This document shows positions 1 through 8,346 of a stretch of 64,000 bases of DNA, one piece after another (position 1 is the first letter of the stretch; each line of letters begins with the position of its first letter). Where the stretch lies: assembly GCA_965263055.1 (NCBI GenBank), contig OZ253581.1, positions 4,200,408 through 4,264,407 on the forward strand, given 5' to 3'. The position numbers and the translations under genes are program-made. The notes beneath the pieces are model-generated. The model was given only the letters and a program-made list of their open reading frames with translations. It searched no databases and had not been told where the DNA came from. Origin of the DNA: Vicinamibacterales bacterium. Lineage in GTDB: Bacteria; Acidobacteriota; Vicinamibacteria; Vicinamibacterales; UBA8438.

Positions 1-358
1 CCGCCGCCGCACGTCCCATGCCACGCCCCATCCGCTCCGCGAGCAGTTGGTACGCGGAGAGAAGATCGCGGCTGAAGAAGGCAGGAAGCAGGAACGTGGC
101 GACCAGCAACCGCCCGGCGACGTATCCAAGCGCCAGCTGCAGAAACGTCAGATCGCCGGCAAAGGCGTAACCCGGCACGCTGACGACGGTCACCGTGCTG
201 GTCTCGGTGGCGACGATCGACGCCATGATCGCCCACCACGGCGCCTCGCGACCGGTGAGGAAATAGTCGCGCACGCCGCGGCCGCTCCGCAGCCGGCGGG
301 CGTACCAGAGGGAGAGGGCGAGATAGAGGATGACGACCGCGAAGTCCAACAGAGGCAT
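1..358 (-). CDS. sodium:solute symporter family transporter, N-terminal part only (gene continues beyond left edge)
   Basis: Absent from ORF track because it has no stop in the window. Manual reverse translation from ATG at 358 gives MPLLDFAVVILYLALSLWYARRLRSGRGVRDYFLTGREAPWWAIMASIVATETSTVTVVSVPGYAFAGDLTFLQLALGYVAGRLLVATFLLPAFF... Hydrophobic helices and FLTGR / ATETS motifs look like SSF-family N-termini. Confidence 0.6.
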   Translation of the reverse strand, partial: MPLLDFAVVILYLALSLWYARRLRSGRGVRDYFLTGREAPWWAIMASIVATETSTVTVVSVPGYAFAGDLTFLQLALGYVAGRLLVATFLLPAFFSRDLLSAYQLLAERMGRGMGRAAA

Positions 359-399
359 CTGGCAGCCCGTCGTGAAGCCCCGGTGCGGGCGGCGTCGGT

Positions 400-429
400 T
401 TGACGCACGGCCGGCGGCCGGAGTATAAA
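400..429 (+). promoter_or_regulatory. sigma70-like promoter (TTGACG - 18 nt - TATAAA) for the leader/hom operon
   Basis: TTGACG at 400-405 and TATAAA at 424-429 with an 18-nt spacer. It lies in the 370-bp divergent intergenic region, about 55 nt upstream of the Thr-rich uORF. Confidence 0.4.
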
Positions 430-483
430 GCACGGTTAATTCGCTGAGGGGTGGAGCCGCAGAAAGTGCATCGCCATAAGGTC

Positions 484-555
484 ATGACGACTGGCCGCAT
501 GAAGACCACGGCCACTCCGGGCACCCCGATGACGGGGCGCACAGGCAGCGGATGA
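484..555 (+). CDS. candidate threonine-rich leader peptide (23 aa, MTTGRMKTTATPGTPMTGRTGSG)
   Basis: ATG 484 to TGA 553-555. 8 of 23 codons are Thr, including the A/T-ending ACT x2 and ACA. AAGG lies 3 nt upstream. It sits between a good promoter and an intrinsic terminator, upstream of hom-thrC. Confidence 0.4.
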   Translation: MTTGRMKTTATPGTPMTGRTGSG

Positions 556-582
556 CGCCAGCGGCACGACCGACGCTCTAAG

Positions 583-619
583 GGCCATCATCCGCAGCCG
601 GTTGGTGGCTATTTTTTTT
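583..619 (+). terminator. rho-independent terminator / attenuator hairpin with T8 tract
   Basis: Stem 583-594 pairs with 599-610 (9 Watson-Crick + 2 G-U pairs, one T-T mismatch), loop CAGC, then A + TTTTTTTT (612-619). Orientation fits only the + strand. It lies 110 nt upstream of the hom start. Confidence 0.55.
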
Positions 620-660
620 GGTGATGACAGCAGTTCTTCTGGCGATGACGGCAGTCTTTC
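619..660. repeat. imperfect 21-bp tandem duplication (TGGTGATGACAGCAGTTCTTC / TGGCGATGACGGCAGTCTTTC)
   Basis: Two adjacent 21-nt units with 17/21 identity, directly after the T-tract. A third unit starts (TGGCGCC) but decays. Confidence 0.6.
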
Positions 661-728
661 TGGCGCCGCCGGTCGTTTTCCGGCCGCTGAGGGTGCTTGT
701 CGACAGGCGTTGACGGCACGGTTGTCCT

Positions 729-2012
729 GTGTTGAAGGTGGCACTCGTCGGATTCGGGACGGTTGGCCAGTCGGTCGCGAGGATCCTCTGCCAAGGGGAC
801 GGTCGACCGCTCCGGCTGACGCATGTCTGCAACCGCGACGTGGAACGGAAGCGGCGGTCGGCGGCGTGGACACCGAACGACGTCGTCTGGACTTCCGACT
901 TCGCCGAAGTGCTCGCCTCCGACGCCAACATCGTCGTCGAGTTGATCGGTGGTACAGATCCTGCCGCCCGCTGGATCCGGCAGGCGCTCGAGGCGAGAAA
1001 GTCGGTAGTCACGGCCAACAAGCAGGTGATTGCGGAAACCGGCGCCGAGCTGCTCGATGTGGCGGTGGAGCACCGGCGGCACCTGTTGTTCGAGGCTGCG
1101 GTCGCCGGCGGCGTGCCGATCATCCGAGCGGTGCGCGAGGGGCTGGCCGGCGATCGTCTCTGCCGCGTCGCGGGGGTCCTGAACGGCACCTGCAACTACA
1201 TCCTGACCCGGATGGAGGCGGATCCGGCGCTATCGTTCGACGCCGTGCTTGCCGAGGCCCAGGAGAAGGGCTACGCCGAGGCCGATCCGACGGCGGATGT
1301 CGACGGGGAGGACGCGGGGGCAAAACTGGCGATCCTCGCCGCCGTCGGTCTCGGACGCCGCCTTGACGCCAATGCGATTCCGCGCCGATCGATCCGGCCG
1401 GTCGAGCCGATCGACTTTGTCTACGCGCGGCGCCTTGACAGCACGATCCGCCAGGTATCGCGAGCCGAACTGGTGAACGGCGCGGCCGACGACCGCGTGA
1501 CCGCATCGGTGCAGCCCATGCTCGTGCCGATCCGATCGTCGATGGCGCGCGCGGAGGGAAGCCAGAACGTCGTTGTGGTCGAAGGCTCGCACGGCGGCGA
1601 GACCGCGTTTCGAGGCTTCGGCGCCGGTGGGAATCCGACGGCGGTGGCGGTGGTTTCTGACCTTGAAGCGATTGCGCGGATCGGAAACGAGACTCCGCCC
1701 CTGCGAACACCCCCGCCACCGCGAGCGGAGATCGAGGAGAACTTCGTTGCGCCGCAGTACCTTCGCTTCGTCGTCGTGGATCGCCCTGGCATCATCGCGG
1801 CGATCGCAGAAGTGTGCCTCCGCCATCAATTGAACTTCGACTCGGTGCTGCAGGAACCGGGCTACGCGAAGTCGGAGCTGCCGTTCGTCGTGACGCTCGA
1901 GCCATGCCGGACCGATGTCGTGCGGTCGGCGCTTGCAGAAATCGCCGCGCTCGACTTTCATGCGCGCCCGCCCCTCTGGATGCCAATCCTGACTCCCGGA
2001 GACCGGCGATGA
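729..2012 (+). CDS. hom: homoserine dehydrogenase
   Basis: GTG start. N-terminal VLKVALVGFGTVGQ Rossmann motif, central homoserine-DH region, C-terminal ACT-like domain. Stop overlaps the thrC ATG (ATGA). Confidence 0.92.
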   Translation: MLKVALVGFGTVGQSVARILCQGDGRPLRLTHVCNRDVERKRRSAAWTPNDVVWTSDFAEVLASDANIVVELIGGTDPAARWIRQALEARKSVVTANKQVIAETGAELLDVAVEHRRHLLFEAAVAGGVPIIRAVREGLAGDRLCRVAGVLNGTCNYILTRMEADPALSFDAVLAEAQEKGYAEADPTADVDGEDAGAKLAILAAVGLGRRLDANAIPRRSIRPVEPIDFVYARRLDSTIRQVSRAELVNGAADDRVTASVQPMLVPIRSSMARAEGSQNVVVVEGSHGGETAFRGFGAGGNPTAVAVVSDLEAIARIGNETPPLRTPPPPRAEIEENFVAPQYLRFVVVDRPGIIAAIAEVCLRHQLNFDSVLQEPGYAKSELPFVVTLEPCRTDVVRSALAEIAALDFHARPPLWMPILTPGDRR

Positions 2013-3286
2013 GCTACCTGACCGGCCTGCAATGCTCGATGTGCCAGGCGCCGTTTCCAGCCGAGGCTTTCTATGTCTGCCCGGAATGCCTAGGCCCGCT
2101 CGAAGCGACCTACGATCGCGACGCCATCCGGCGCAATGTCTCGCGCGAAACGATCGCCGGGCGGCCTCCCAGCCTTTGGCGCTACCGCGAGTTCCTTCCG
2201 ATCGTCGGTGAGCCGCGGACCGGCCTGGCGTCCGGATTCACGCCGCTGGTACGGGCCGGGCGCCTGGCGGCGGAGCTGGGCGTGCGCGAGCTCTATCTGA
2301 AGGACGACTCCGTCAATCACCCTACGTTGTCTTACAAGGACCGCGTCGTCCCCGTGGCGGCGACGCGCGCCTGCGAGCTGGGAGCGGAGGTGTTTGGCTG
2401 CGCCTCGACCGGCAACCTCGCGAACAGCGTCGCGGCGCACGCGGCGCGACTCGGCCTCGACTGCTACGTCTTCATTCCGCGGACGCTCGAGCCTGCAAAG
2501 ATCCTGGGGTCGGCGGTGAGCGGGCCCCACGTGGTTGCGATCGACGGCAACTACGACGACGTCAACCGTCTCTGCACCCAGGTGGGGGACAGGTATGGCT
2601 GGGCGTTTGCCAACATCAACCTGCGCGCGTACTACGCCGAGGGCGCGAAGACGATGGGCTTCGAGATCGTCGAGCAGCTCGGCTGGCGTTTCCCGCGGCA
2701 CCTGGTCTGTCCGGTGGCGGGCGGGACGCTGCTGCCGCGAATCGGCCGCGGCTTTCGCGATCTGCTGGACGCCGAGCTGGTGGATGGAACACCGCCCAGG
2801 ATCCACGCGGCCCAGGCGGCGGGCTGCGCCCCGGTGATCCACGCGCTCGAAACGGGGCTCGACTATCCCGAGCCGGTCCGTCCCGACACGATCGCGAAGT
2901 CAATCGCCATCGGCGCTCCGGCCGACGGCTACCACGTCCTGCGGACCGTACGGGAATCGGGTGGCAGCGGCGCCTCGGCCACCGACGACGAGATCCTTGA
3001 CGCGATTGGTCTCCTGGCCCGAACGGAGGGCATCTTCACCGAGCCGGCGGGCGGAACGACCCTCGCCGTGACGCGCAAACTGTTCGAGCAGGGAGTGATT
3101 CCGCGCGACGAGAGCACGGTCGTTTGCATTACCGGCAACGGCTACAAGACAGCCGATGTCATGTCGTCGCTGGTCGATGCGCCAACTGCGCTCGGCCGCT
3201 CACTCGCGGAGTTCGAACAGTTCATGACCGAGAGCGATGCGGCTCGCGGCGCCAGGGTGGGCGCGGCCGGAGAGACGGGGCGGTAG
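2009..3286 (+). CDS. thrC: threonine synthase (PLP-dependent, with N-terminal Cys-rich zinc-ribbon-like segment)
   Basis: The track ORF 1814-3286 is trimmed to the in-frame ATG at 2009 (MSYLTGLQCSMCQ...CPEC), which overlaps the hom stop. The SYKDR PLP-lysine region and overall ThrC-like sequence are present. Confidence 0.92.
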   Translation: MSYLTGLQCSMCQAPFPAEAFYVCPECLGPLEATYDRDAIRRNVSRETIAGRPPSLWRYREFLPIVGEPRTGLASGFTPLVRAGRLAAELGVRELYLKDDSVNHPTLSYKDRVVPVAATRACELGAEVFGCASTGNLANSVAAHAARLGLDCYVFIPRTLEPAKILGSAVSGPHVVAIDGNYDDVNRLCTQVGDRYGWAFANINLRAYYAEGAKTMGFEIVEQLGWRFPRHLVCPVAGGTLLPRIGRGFRDLLDAELVDGTPPRIHAAQAAGCAPVIHALETGLDYPEPVRPDTIAKSIAIGAPADGYHVLRTVRESGGSGASATDDEILDAIGLLARTEGIFTEPAGGTTLAVTRKLFEQGVIPRDESTVVCITGNGYKTADVMSSLVDAPTALGRSLAEFEQFMTESDAARGARVGAAGETGR

Positions 3287-4557
3287 TGACTGAGACCGAA
3301 GCGCCGCCCGCGAAACGGAGCGAGATCGTCGAGGCGGAGGGCCACCTGGTCGACTCAAACCTGCTCCAGGAGGTGTTCGACAGGGTAATCGAGCACGGCG
3401 CGTCGTTTGAGGTGCTCCGTTTCGATCTGGGACGGACGAACGAAGAGATCTCGCACCTCCAGTTGAAGGTGACGGCGCCGAGTCCGGCGGGGTTGCCCGA
3501 GCTGCTCTCGGACCTGGTGCCGCTCGGGTGCCATCCGACGGCCAGGCGGGACGCCAGGCTCGAGCCGGCAGAGGCGGACGGGTGCGTGCCGGACGACTTC
3601 TACTCAACGACCAACCACCGGACCTACGTCCATCATGGCGGTGACTGGATGGAGGTGTCACACCAGCGTATGGACGCGGTAATCGTCGTCGCGGACGGCC
3701 GCGCCGAGTGCCGCAAGCTCCGCGATGTCCGCGCCGGCGAACAAGTGGTCTGCGAGGTCGTCGGCGTACGGGTGTCGCCCGAGTTCCGGGAGCGCGATCG
3801 GCTCGGGTTCGCCTTCATGACGAGTGACGTCTCGACCGAGCGGCGTGTCGAGGTGGCGGTGGCCCGCGTCGTGGGAATGTTGCGCGAGACGAAAGTGGCA
3901 GGCGGGAAGATCGCCTTCGTTGCCGGACCGGTCGTGGTCCACAGCGGCGGCGCCGAGTACTTCGCCGAGCTGATCCGGCAGGGCTACGTCGACGTCATTC
4001 TGGCTGGGAACGCACTGGCGGTTCATGACGTCGAGCACGCGCTCTTCGGCACGTCGCTCGGCATCGACCTCACTGCGGGAATCGCCGTCAAGGAAGGTCA
4101 CCGGAACCACATGCGCGCCATCAACTCGATGAACCGCGCCGGCGGCCTGCGGCCGGCGGTGGAGCAGGGGGTGCTCCGTTCCGGCATCATGTACGAGGCA
4201 ATCCGCCACAATGTCGACTACGTTCTGGCGGGCAGCATCCGGGATGACGGGCCGCTCTCCGACACGGTAATGGACCTGATCGAGGCGCAGGACCGCTACG
4301 CCGCGTCGCTCCGCGGCGTCAGCCTCGTGGTGATGCTCTCGACGATGCTCCATAGCATCGGTGTCGGCAACATGCTGCCGTCGAGCGTGCGCGTCGTCTG
4401 CGTCGACATCAACCCGGCGGTGGTGACGAAGCTGTCCGACCGCGGGTCGTCACAGACGGCTGGGATCGTGACCGATGTCGGGCTGTTCCTCCACCAGTTG
4501 ACGTCGCAACTGGCAGCGGCGAAGCTGGCCAGCGGCGCGGTGGGGGCTGCACGATGA
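3286..4557 (+). CDS. TIGR00300 / LOR-SDH conserved-region family protein (ornithine-cyclodeaminase-like enzyme family)
   Basis: GTG at 3286 overlaps the thrC TAG (TAGTG). VTETEAPPAKRSEIVEAEGHLVDSNLLQEVFDRV... followed by a Gly-rich Rossmann-like C-terminal half (VAGPVVVHSGG, ILAGNALAVHD). Family assignment is by recollection of the sequence pattern, not by search. Confidence 0.65.
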   Translation: MTETEAPPAKRSEIVEAEGHLVDSNLLQEVFDRVIEHGASFEVLRFDLGRTNEEISHLQLKVTAPSPAGLPELLSDLVPLGCHPTARRDARLEPAEADGCVPDDFYSTTNHRTYVHHGGDWMEVSHQRMDAVIVVADGRAECRKLRDVRAGEQVVCEVVGVRVSPEFRERDRLGFAFMTSDVSTERRVEVAVARVVGMLRETKVAGGKIAFVAGPVVVHSGGAEYFAELIRQGYVDVILAGNALAVHDVEHALFGTSLGIDLTAGIAVKEGHRNHMRAINSMNRAGGLRPAVEQGVLRSGIMYEAIRHNVDYVLAGSIRDDGPLSDTVMDLIEAQDRYAASLRGVSLVVMLSTMLHSIGVGNMLPSSVRVVCVDINPAVVTKLSDRGSSQTAGIVTDVGLFLHQLTSQLAAAKLASGAVGAAR

Positions 4558-5834
4558 CCGGCACCGGCGCGGCGGTGCCGGTCGTCGTCCAGAAGTACGG
4601 CGGCACCTCCGTCGCCACGGCGGATCACATCAGCAAGATTGCAGACCGTGTGGCGAGCTTGCGGAAGAAGACGCCACGGCTGGCGGTGGTCCTCTCGGCG
4701 ATGGGAAAGGCCACGGACGAACTGATTGCACTGGCGCACCAGGTGTCGTCCGATCCGCGCGGGCGAGAGATGGACCTCCTGCTGGCAACGGGTGAGCAGG
4801 TGTCCGTCTCGCTCCTCGGCCTGGCGTTGCAGAACCGGGGGCTCCCAGCGGTCTCGCTTACCGCGTCGCAGTGCGGCATCCGTACCGACGACGCTTACAA
4901 CATCGCCCGGATCGAGTCTATCGATACGGCACGGATCAACGCCGAATTCGAGCAGGGACGTGTCGTGATCATCACCGGCTTTCAGGGGATTACACGCGAT
5001 CAGGAAGTGACCACCCTGGGCCGAGGTGGAAGCGACATCACCGGCGCGGCGGTGGCGGCGGCGGTGGGCGCCGCGGTGTGCGAAATCTGCACGGACGTAG
5101 ACGGCGTTCTGTCCGCCGACCCGCGTGTCGTGCCGCACGCGACGCGCTGGGCCGAGATGAGCTACGAGGAAGCGATCGAGATGGCTTCGAGCGGCGCCAA
5201 GGTTCTGCATCCCCGCGCCGCAGAGGTATGCATGGCCTACCGGATTCCGATCCACGTGCGGTCCAGTTTCCATGATGGAGACGGCACCTGGATCCGTGGA
5301 GCAGACGAGATGGTGATGGAACAGGCGGAGGTCGTCGGAGTGAACAGGGAGACGAAGATCGCCAAGGTGACGTTGATTGATGTGCCGGATCGGCCGGGCC
5401 TCGCGGCGGAGGTGTTCCAGGACCTGGCGGCGCAGTCGATCAACGTCCGGCTGATTATTCAGAGTGCGAGTGCGGCCGGAATCGGGCGAATCACGTTCGT
5501 TCTCGATACGGATTACGTCGACGCGACGCATCTCCTGATCGACGACTGGATGGCCCGCGGCCTGGCGAAATCGGGCGAGGTGGAGGCCGATGTGGCGAAG
5601 ATCTCCATCGTCGGGTCGCGGCTGGCGTCGACGCCCAGTCTCGCGGCACGGATGTTCGCCGTGCTGGCGCGGGAGGGGATCAACATCGACTGCATCAGCT
5701 CGTCGGAGATGAAGATCGCCTGCGTGATCGACGCCGCCGAGGCGGAACGGGCGGTGAGGGCGGTGCATGACGAGTTCTTCCCGCCGGGTGAGACCGCCAC
5801 AGCGGATGCAGCAGCGCCGCCGGAGGTGAGATGA
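4554..5834 (+). CDS. lysC: aspartate kinase
   Basis: VVVQKYGGTSV N-terminus, kinase core, two C-terminal ACT domains. ATGA overlap with the upstream gene. Confidence 0.93.
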   Translation: MTGTGAAVPVVVQKYGGTSVATADHISKIADRVASLRKKTPRLAVVLSAMGKATDELIALAHQVSSDPRGREMDLLLATGEQVSVSLLGLALQNRGLPAVSLTASQCGIRTDDAYNIARIESIDTARINAEFEQGRVVIITGFQGITRDQEVTTLGRGGSDITGAAVAAAVGAAVCEICTDVDGVLSADPRVVPHATRWAEMSYEEAIEMASSGAKVLHPRAAEVCMAYRIPIHVRSSFHDGDGTWIRGADEMVMEQAEVVGVNRETKIAKVTLIDVPDRPGLAAEVFQDLAAQSINVRLIIQSASAAGIGRITFVLDTDYVDATHLLIDDWMARGLAKSGEVEADVAKISIVGSRLASTPSLAARMFAVLAREGINIDCISSSEMKIACVIDAAEAERAVRAVHDEFFPPGETATADAAAPPEVR

Positions 5835-6883
5835 GCGAACGGATGCCGGTGGGCGTGCTTGGCGCCACCGGAACGGTGGGGCAGGAGTTCATCGCGGGGC
5901 TGGAAGACCATCCCTGGTTCGAGACGACCTGGATCGGTGCAAGCGAGCGCTCGGCCGGCAAGACCTACGCCGACGCCACCCCCTGGCGTCTGCCGACGGC
6001 GCGGCCGGACTTCGTTGCCGGGATGACCGTGCAGCGCTGCGAACCAGGCAACGGCGTGCCGAACCTCGTCTTTTCGGGTCTCGACTCGTCCGTAGCGGGC
6101 GAGGTGGAGCGGGCGTTTGCCCAAGCGGGGCACACGGTAGTGAGCAACGCGCGGAACTACCGGATGGAGACGGACGTGCCGCTGCTCATTCCGGAAATCA
6201 ACGCCGACCATTTGGCGCTGCTCGGCGTGCAAGCGCGTGAGCGAGGGTGGCCGGGGCGCATTGTCACCAATCCCAACTGCTCGACCATCGTCCTGACGCT
6301 CGCGCTGGCGCCACTCCGGCCGTTCAAGCCAACACGCGTAACCGTCTCCACGCTGCAGGCGGTCTCCGGCGCCGGCTACCCGGGGGTCGCGTCGCTCGAC
6401 ATTACGGGGAACATCCTCCCGCACATCCGGGGCGAGGAGGAGAAGATGGAGACGGAAACGCAGAAGATTCTCGGCACGCTCAACGGCGGCGCGGTCGACC
6501 CCCACCCGATGGTGGTGAGCGCAACGACGACACGCGTGCCCGTTCTGAACGGCCACACCATGCTGGTTTCGGTCGAGTTCGAGGGGTTGCCCACGGAGCA
6601 GGACCTGATCGACGCTTTTCAGGCGTTTGCGGGGCGCCCGCAGAAGGAAGGGCTGCCGACGGCGCCGGCGCGCCCGATTCACTACACCGGCGACCCGGAC
6701 CGTCCGCAGCCCCGACTCGACGTCGATTGCGAGCGGGGCATGGCCGTCACCGTCGGCCGCCTCCGTTCCTGTCCGGTCCTCGACTGGAAGTTCGTCGCGC
6801 TCGGCCACAACACCATCCGCGGTGCGGCCGGCGCGGCGATCCTGAACGCCGAGTTGATGAAGGTTGACGGTCTGCTGAGTTAG
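5831..6883 (+). CDS. asd: aspartate-semialdehyde dehydrogenase
   Basis: VGVLGATGTVGQ NAD(P) motif and NPNCSTI active-site Cys motif. GGAGG SD and ATGA overlap with lysC. Confidence 0.93.
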   Translation: MSERMPVGVLGATGTVGQEFIAGLEDHPWFETTWIGASERSAGKTYADATPWRLPTARPDFVAGMTVQRCEPGNGVPNLVFSGLDSSVAGEVERAFAQAGHTVVSNARNYRMETDVPLLIPEINADHLALLGVQARERGWPGRIVTNPNCSTIVLTLALAPLRPFKPTRVTVSTLQAVSGAGYPGVASLDITGNILPHIRGEEEKMETETQKILGTLNGGAVDPHPMVVSATTTRVPVLNGHTMLVSVEFEGLPTEQDLIDAFQAFAGRPQKEGLPTAPARPIHYTGDPDRPQPRLDVDCERGMAVTVGRLRSCPVLDWKFVALGHNTIRGAAGAAILNAELMKVDGLLS

Positions 6884-8274
6884 CGCGCGTCGTAGACGAT
6901 CCTGCCGCCGACGACCGTAACGACCACCGAAGCGAAGCGGATATCCGGCGACGGCGCGGAGAGCAGCGCCAGGTCGAGCAGCGCGAAGTCTGCCAGTTGC
7001 CCGATGGCGAGACGTCCCTTGATCTCTTCCTCGAACGAGGCGTAGGCACCGGCTACGGTGTAGGCGTCGAGGGCGCGGGCGATTGTGATCCGTTCGGCCG
7101 GGGTCCAGCTTCTCTGAGAGAGCGCTTCAAGCGACCGCCTCGTCACGGCGCCATACAGGCCAAGGGCGGGACCAGCCGGTGCGAACCCCCAGTTCGTCCC
7201 GAACGCTACCAACGCGCCGGCGTCCAGGAGAGATCGGACGGGAAACGGTTCGGCCAGTGCGTCGCCGCCCAGGGCGGCTTCAATCCGCGGGCCGGCGTCG
7301 CCTATCTCAGCCGGCTGCATGCTGGCGATCACGCCTAGTTCGGCGAAGCGCGCGATGTCGTCCGGGCGGAGGTGTTGTGCATGCTCGATCCGGAAACGGC
7401 GGTCGCGCGGGCCATTTGCGGTGATCACGCGCTCGTAGGCGTCGAGGGCCAGGTGGTTGGCGCGGCTGCCGACTGCGTGAAGCGCTACCTGGAGCTCTGC
7501 CGCGTCGGCTGCATCGACCTGCCTACTCAGCCGATCGAGGTCGTAGAGCATCAACCCGCGATCGTTCGCCGTGTTGGGGTAGGGGAGGTCGAGCGCGGCG
7601 GTTTCGGTTTCGACAGTGCCGTCCACCACTCCCTTCAGGGCACCGACGCGGAGCCAGGCGTCTCCCCGACCGTCGGCGCCGCCGAAACGGCCATCCGCGA
7701 TTGCGTCACGCAGCCGCCGCCAGGTGGGCAGCGGCGCCGCGGCGTACACCCGCGCCGTCAGGCGTCCGGATTCTCGAGCCCGTTCGAATGCCTCGAGGTC
7801 GCTCCAGCTTCCCATGTGGTGGACCGACGTAACGCCCCGTTCGGCCAGGTGGGCGAGCGCGGCGTCCATTGCGGCGTCGTGCTCGGCCGGCGTACGCGCG
7901 GGCGGCGGCTCGGCCGCTACCGGCCAGAAGTCGTCGTCCAGTGAGAGGTTGTCACCCGTAGCGTTTGCCAGCAGTCGCTGACCGGCGTCGAGCATATGGA
8001 CATGCGCATCGATGAAGCCGGGCACGACGCTGGCGCCGTTCGCGTCGATGACGACGCCGTCGGTCGCCAGCGCGCGGATCGCGTGACTCGCTCCCAGTGC
8101 CACGATCCGGTCTCCGGCTACGCCGATCGCTTCGACCAGGGGCCGATCCGGATCACCGGTCCAGACGGTGGCGTCAACGACGGCGATGGAGAGGGTGGGG
8201 GCGGCCAGAGGTGTGTCGCGTTCCGTACACGCGACCACGCACAGGGTCGCGACGAGCGCGATCGGTCGCATCAT
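6880..8274 (-). CDS. amidohydrolase-family metallohydrolase (YtcJ-like), probable lipoprotein
   Basis: N-terminal MMRPIALVATLCVVAC lipobox-like signal and the PGFIDAHVHM metal-binding motif. Its stop codon overlaps the asd stop convergently. Confidence 0.8.
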   Translation of the reverse strand: MMRPIALVATLCVVACTERDTPLAAPTLSIAVVDATVWTGDPDRPLVEAIGVAGDRIVALGASHAIRALATDGVVIDANGASVVPGFIDAHVHMLDAGQRLLANATGDNLSLDDDFWPVAAEPPPARTPAEHDAAMDAALAHLAERGVTSVHHMGSWSDLEAFERARESGRLTARVYAAAPLPTWRRLRDAIADGRFGGADGRGDAWLRVGALKGVVDGTVETETAALDLPYPNTANDRGLMLYDLDRLSRQVDAADAAELQVALHAVGSRANHLALDAYERVITANGPRDRRFRIEHAQHLRPDDIARFAELGVIASMQPAEIGDAGPRIEAALGGDALAEPFPVRSLLDAGALVAFGTNWGFAPAGPALGLYGAVTRRSLEALSQRSWTPAERITIARALDAYTVAGAYASFEEEIKGRLAIGQLADFALLDLALLSAPSPDIRFASVVVTVVGGRIVYDAR

Positions 8275-8346
8275 GGCCGCGCCGCATGGAGCGGGACTCG
8301 TGATTGCGGCGAGTACGCCGACGCGGATGCCGGCGCACCCGGGGAG

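Noticed and set aside
47-403. 118-aa plus-strand ORF at the left edge (and the 190-408, 436-873, 578-1195 minus ORFs)
   Set aside because: 47-403 is antisense to the symporter N-terminus, which reads cleanly on the minus strand. The others span the intergenic region and hom with Arg/Pro-rich junk translations.
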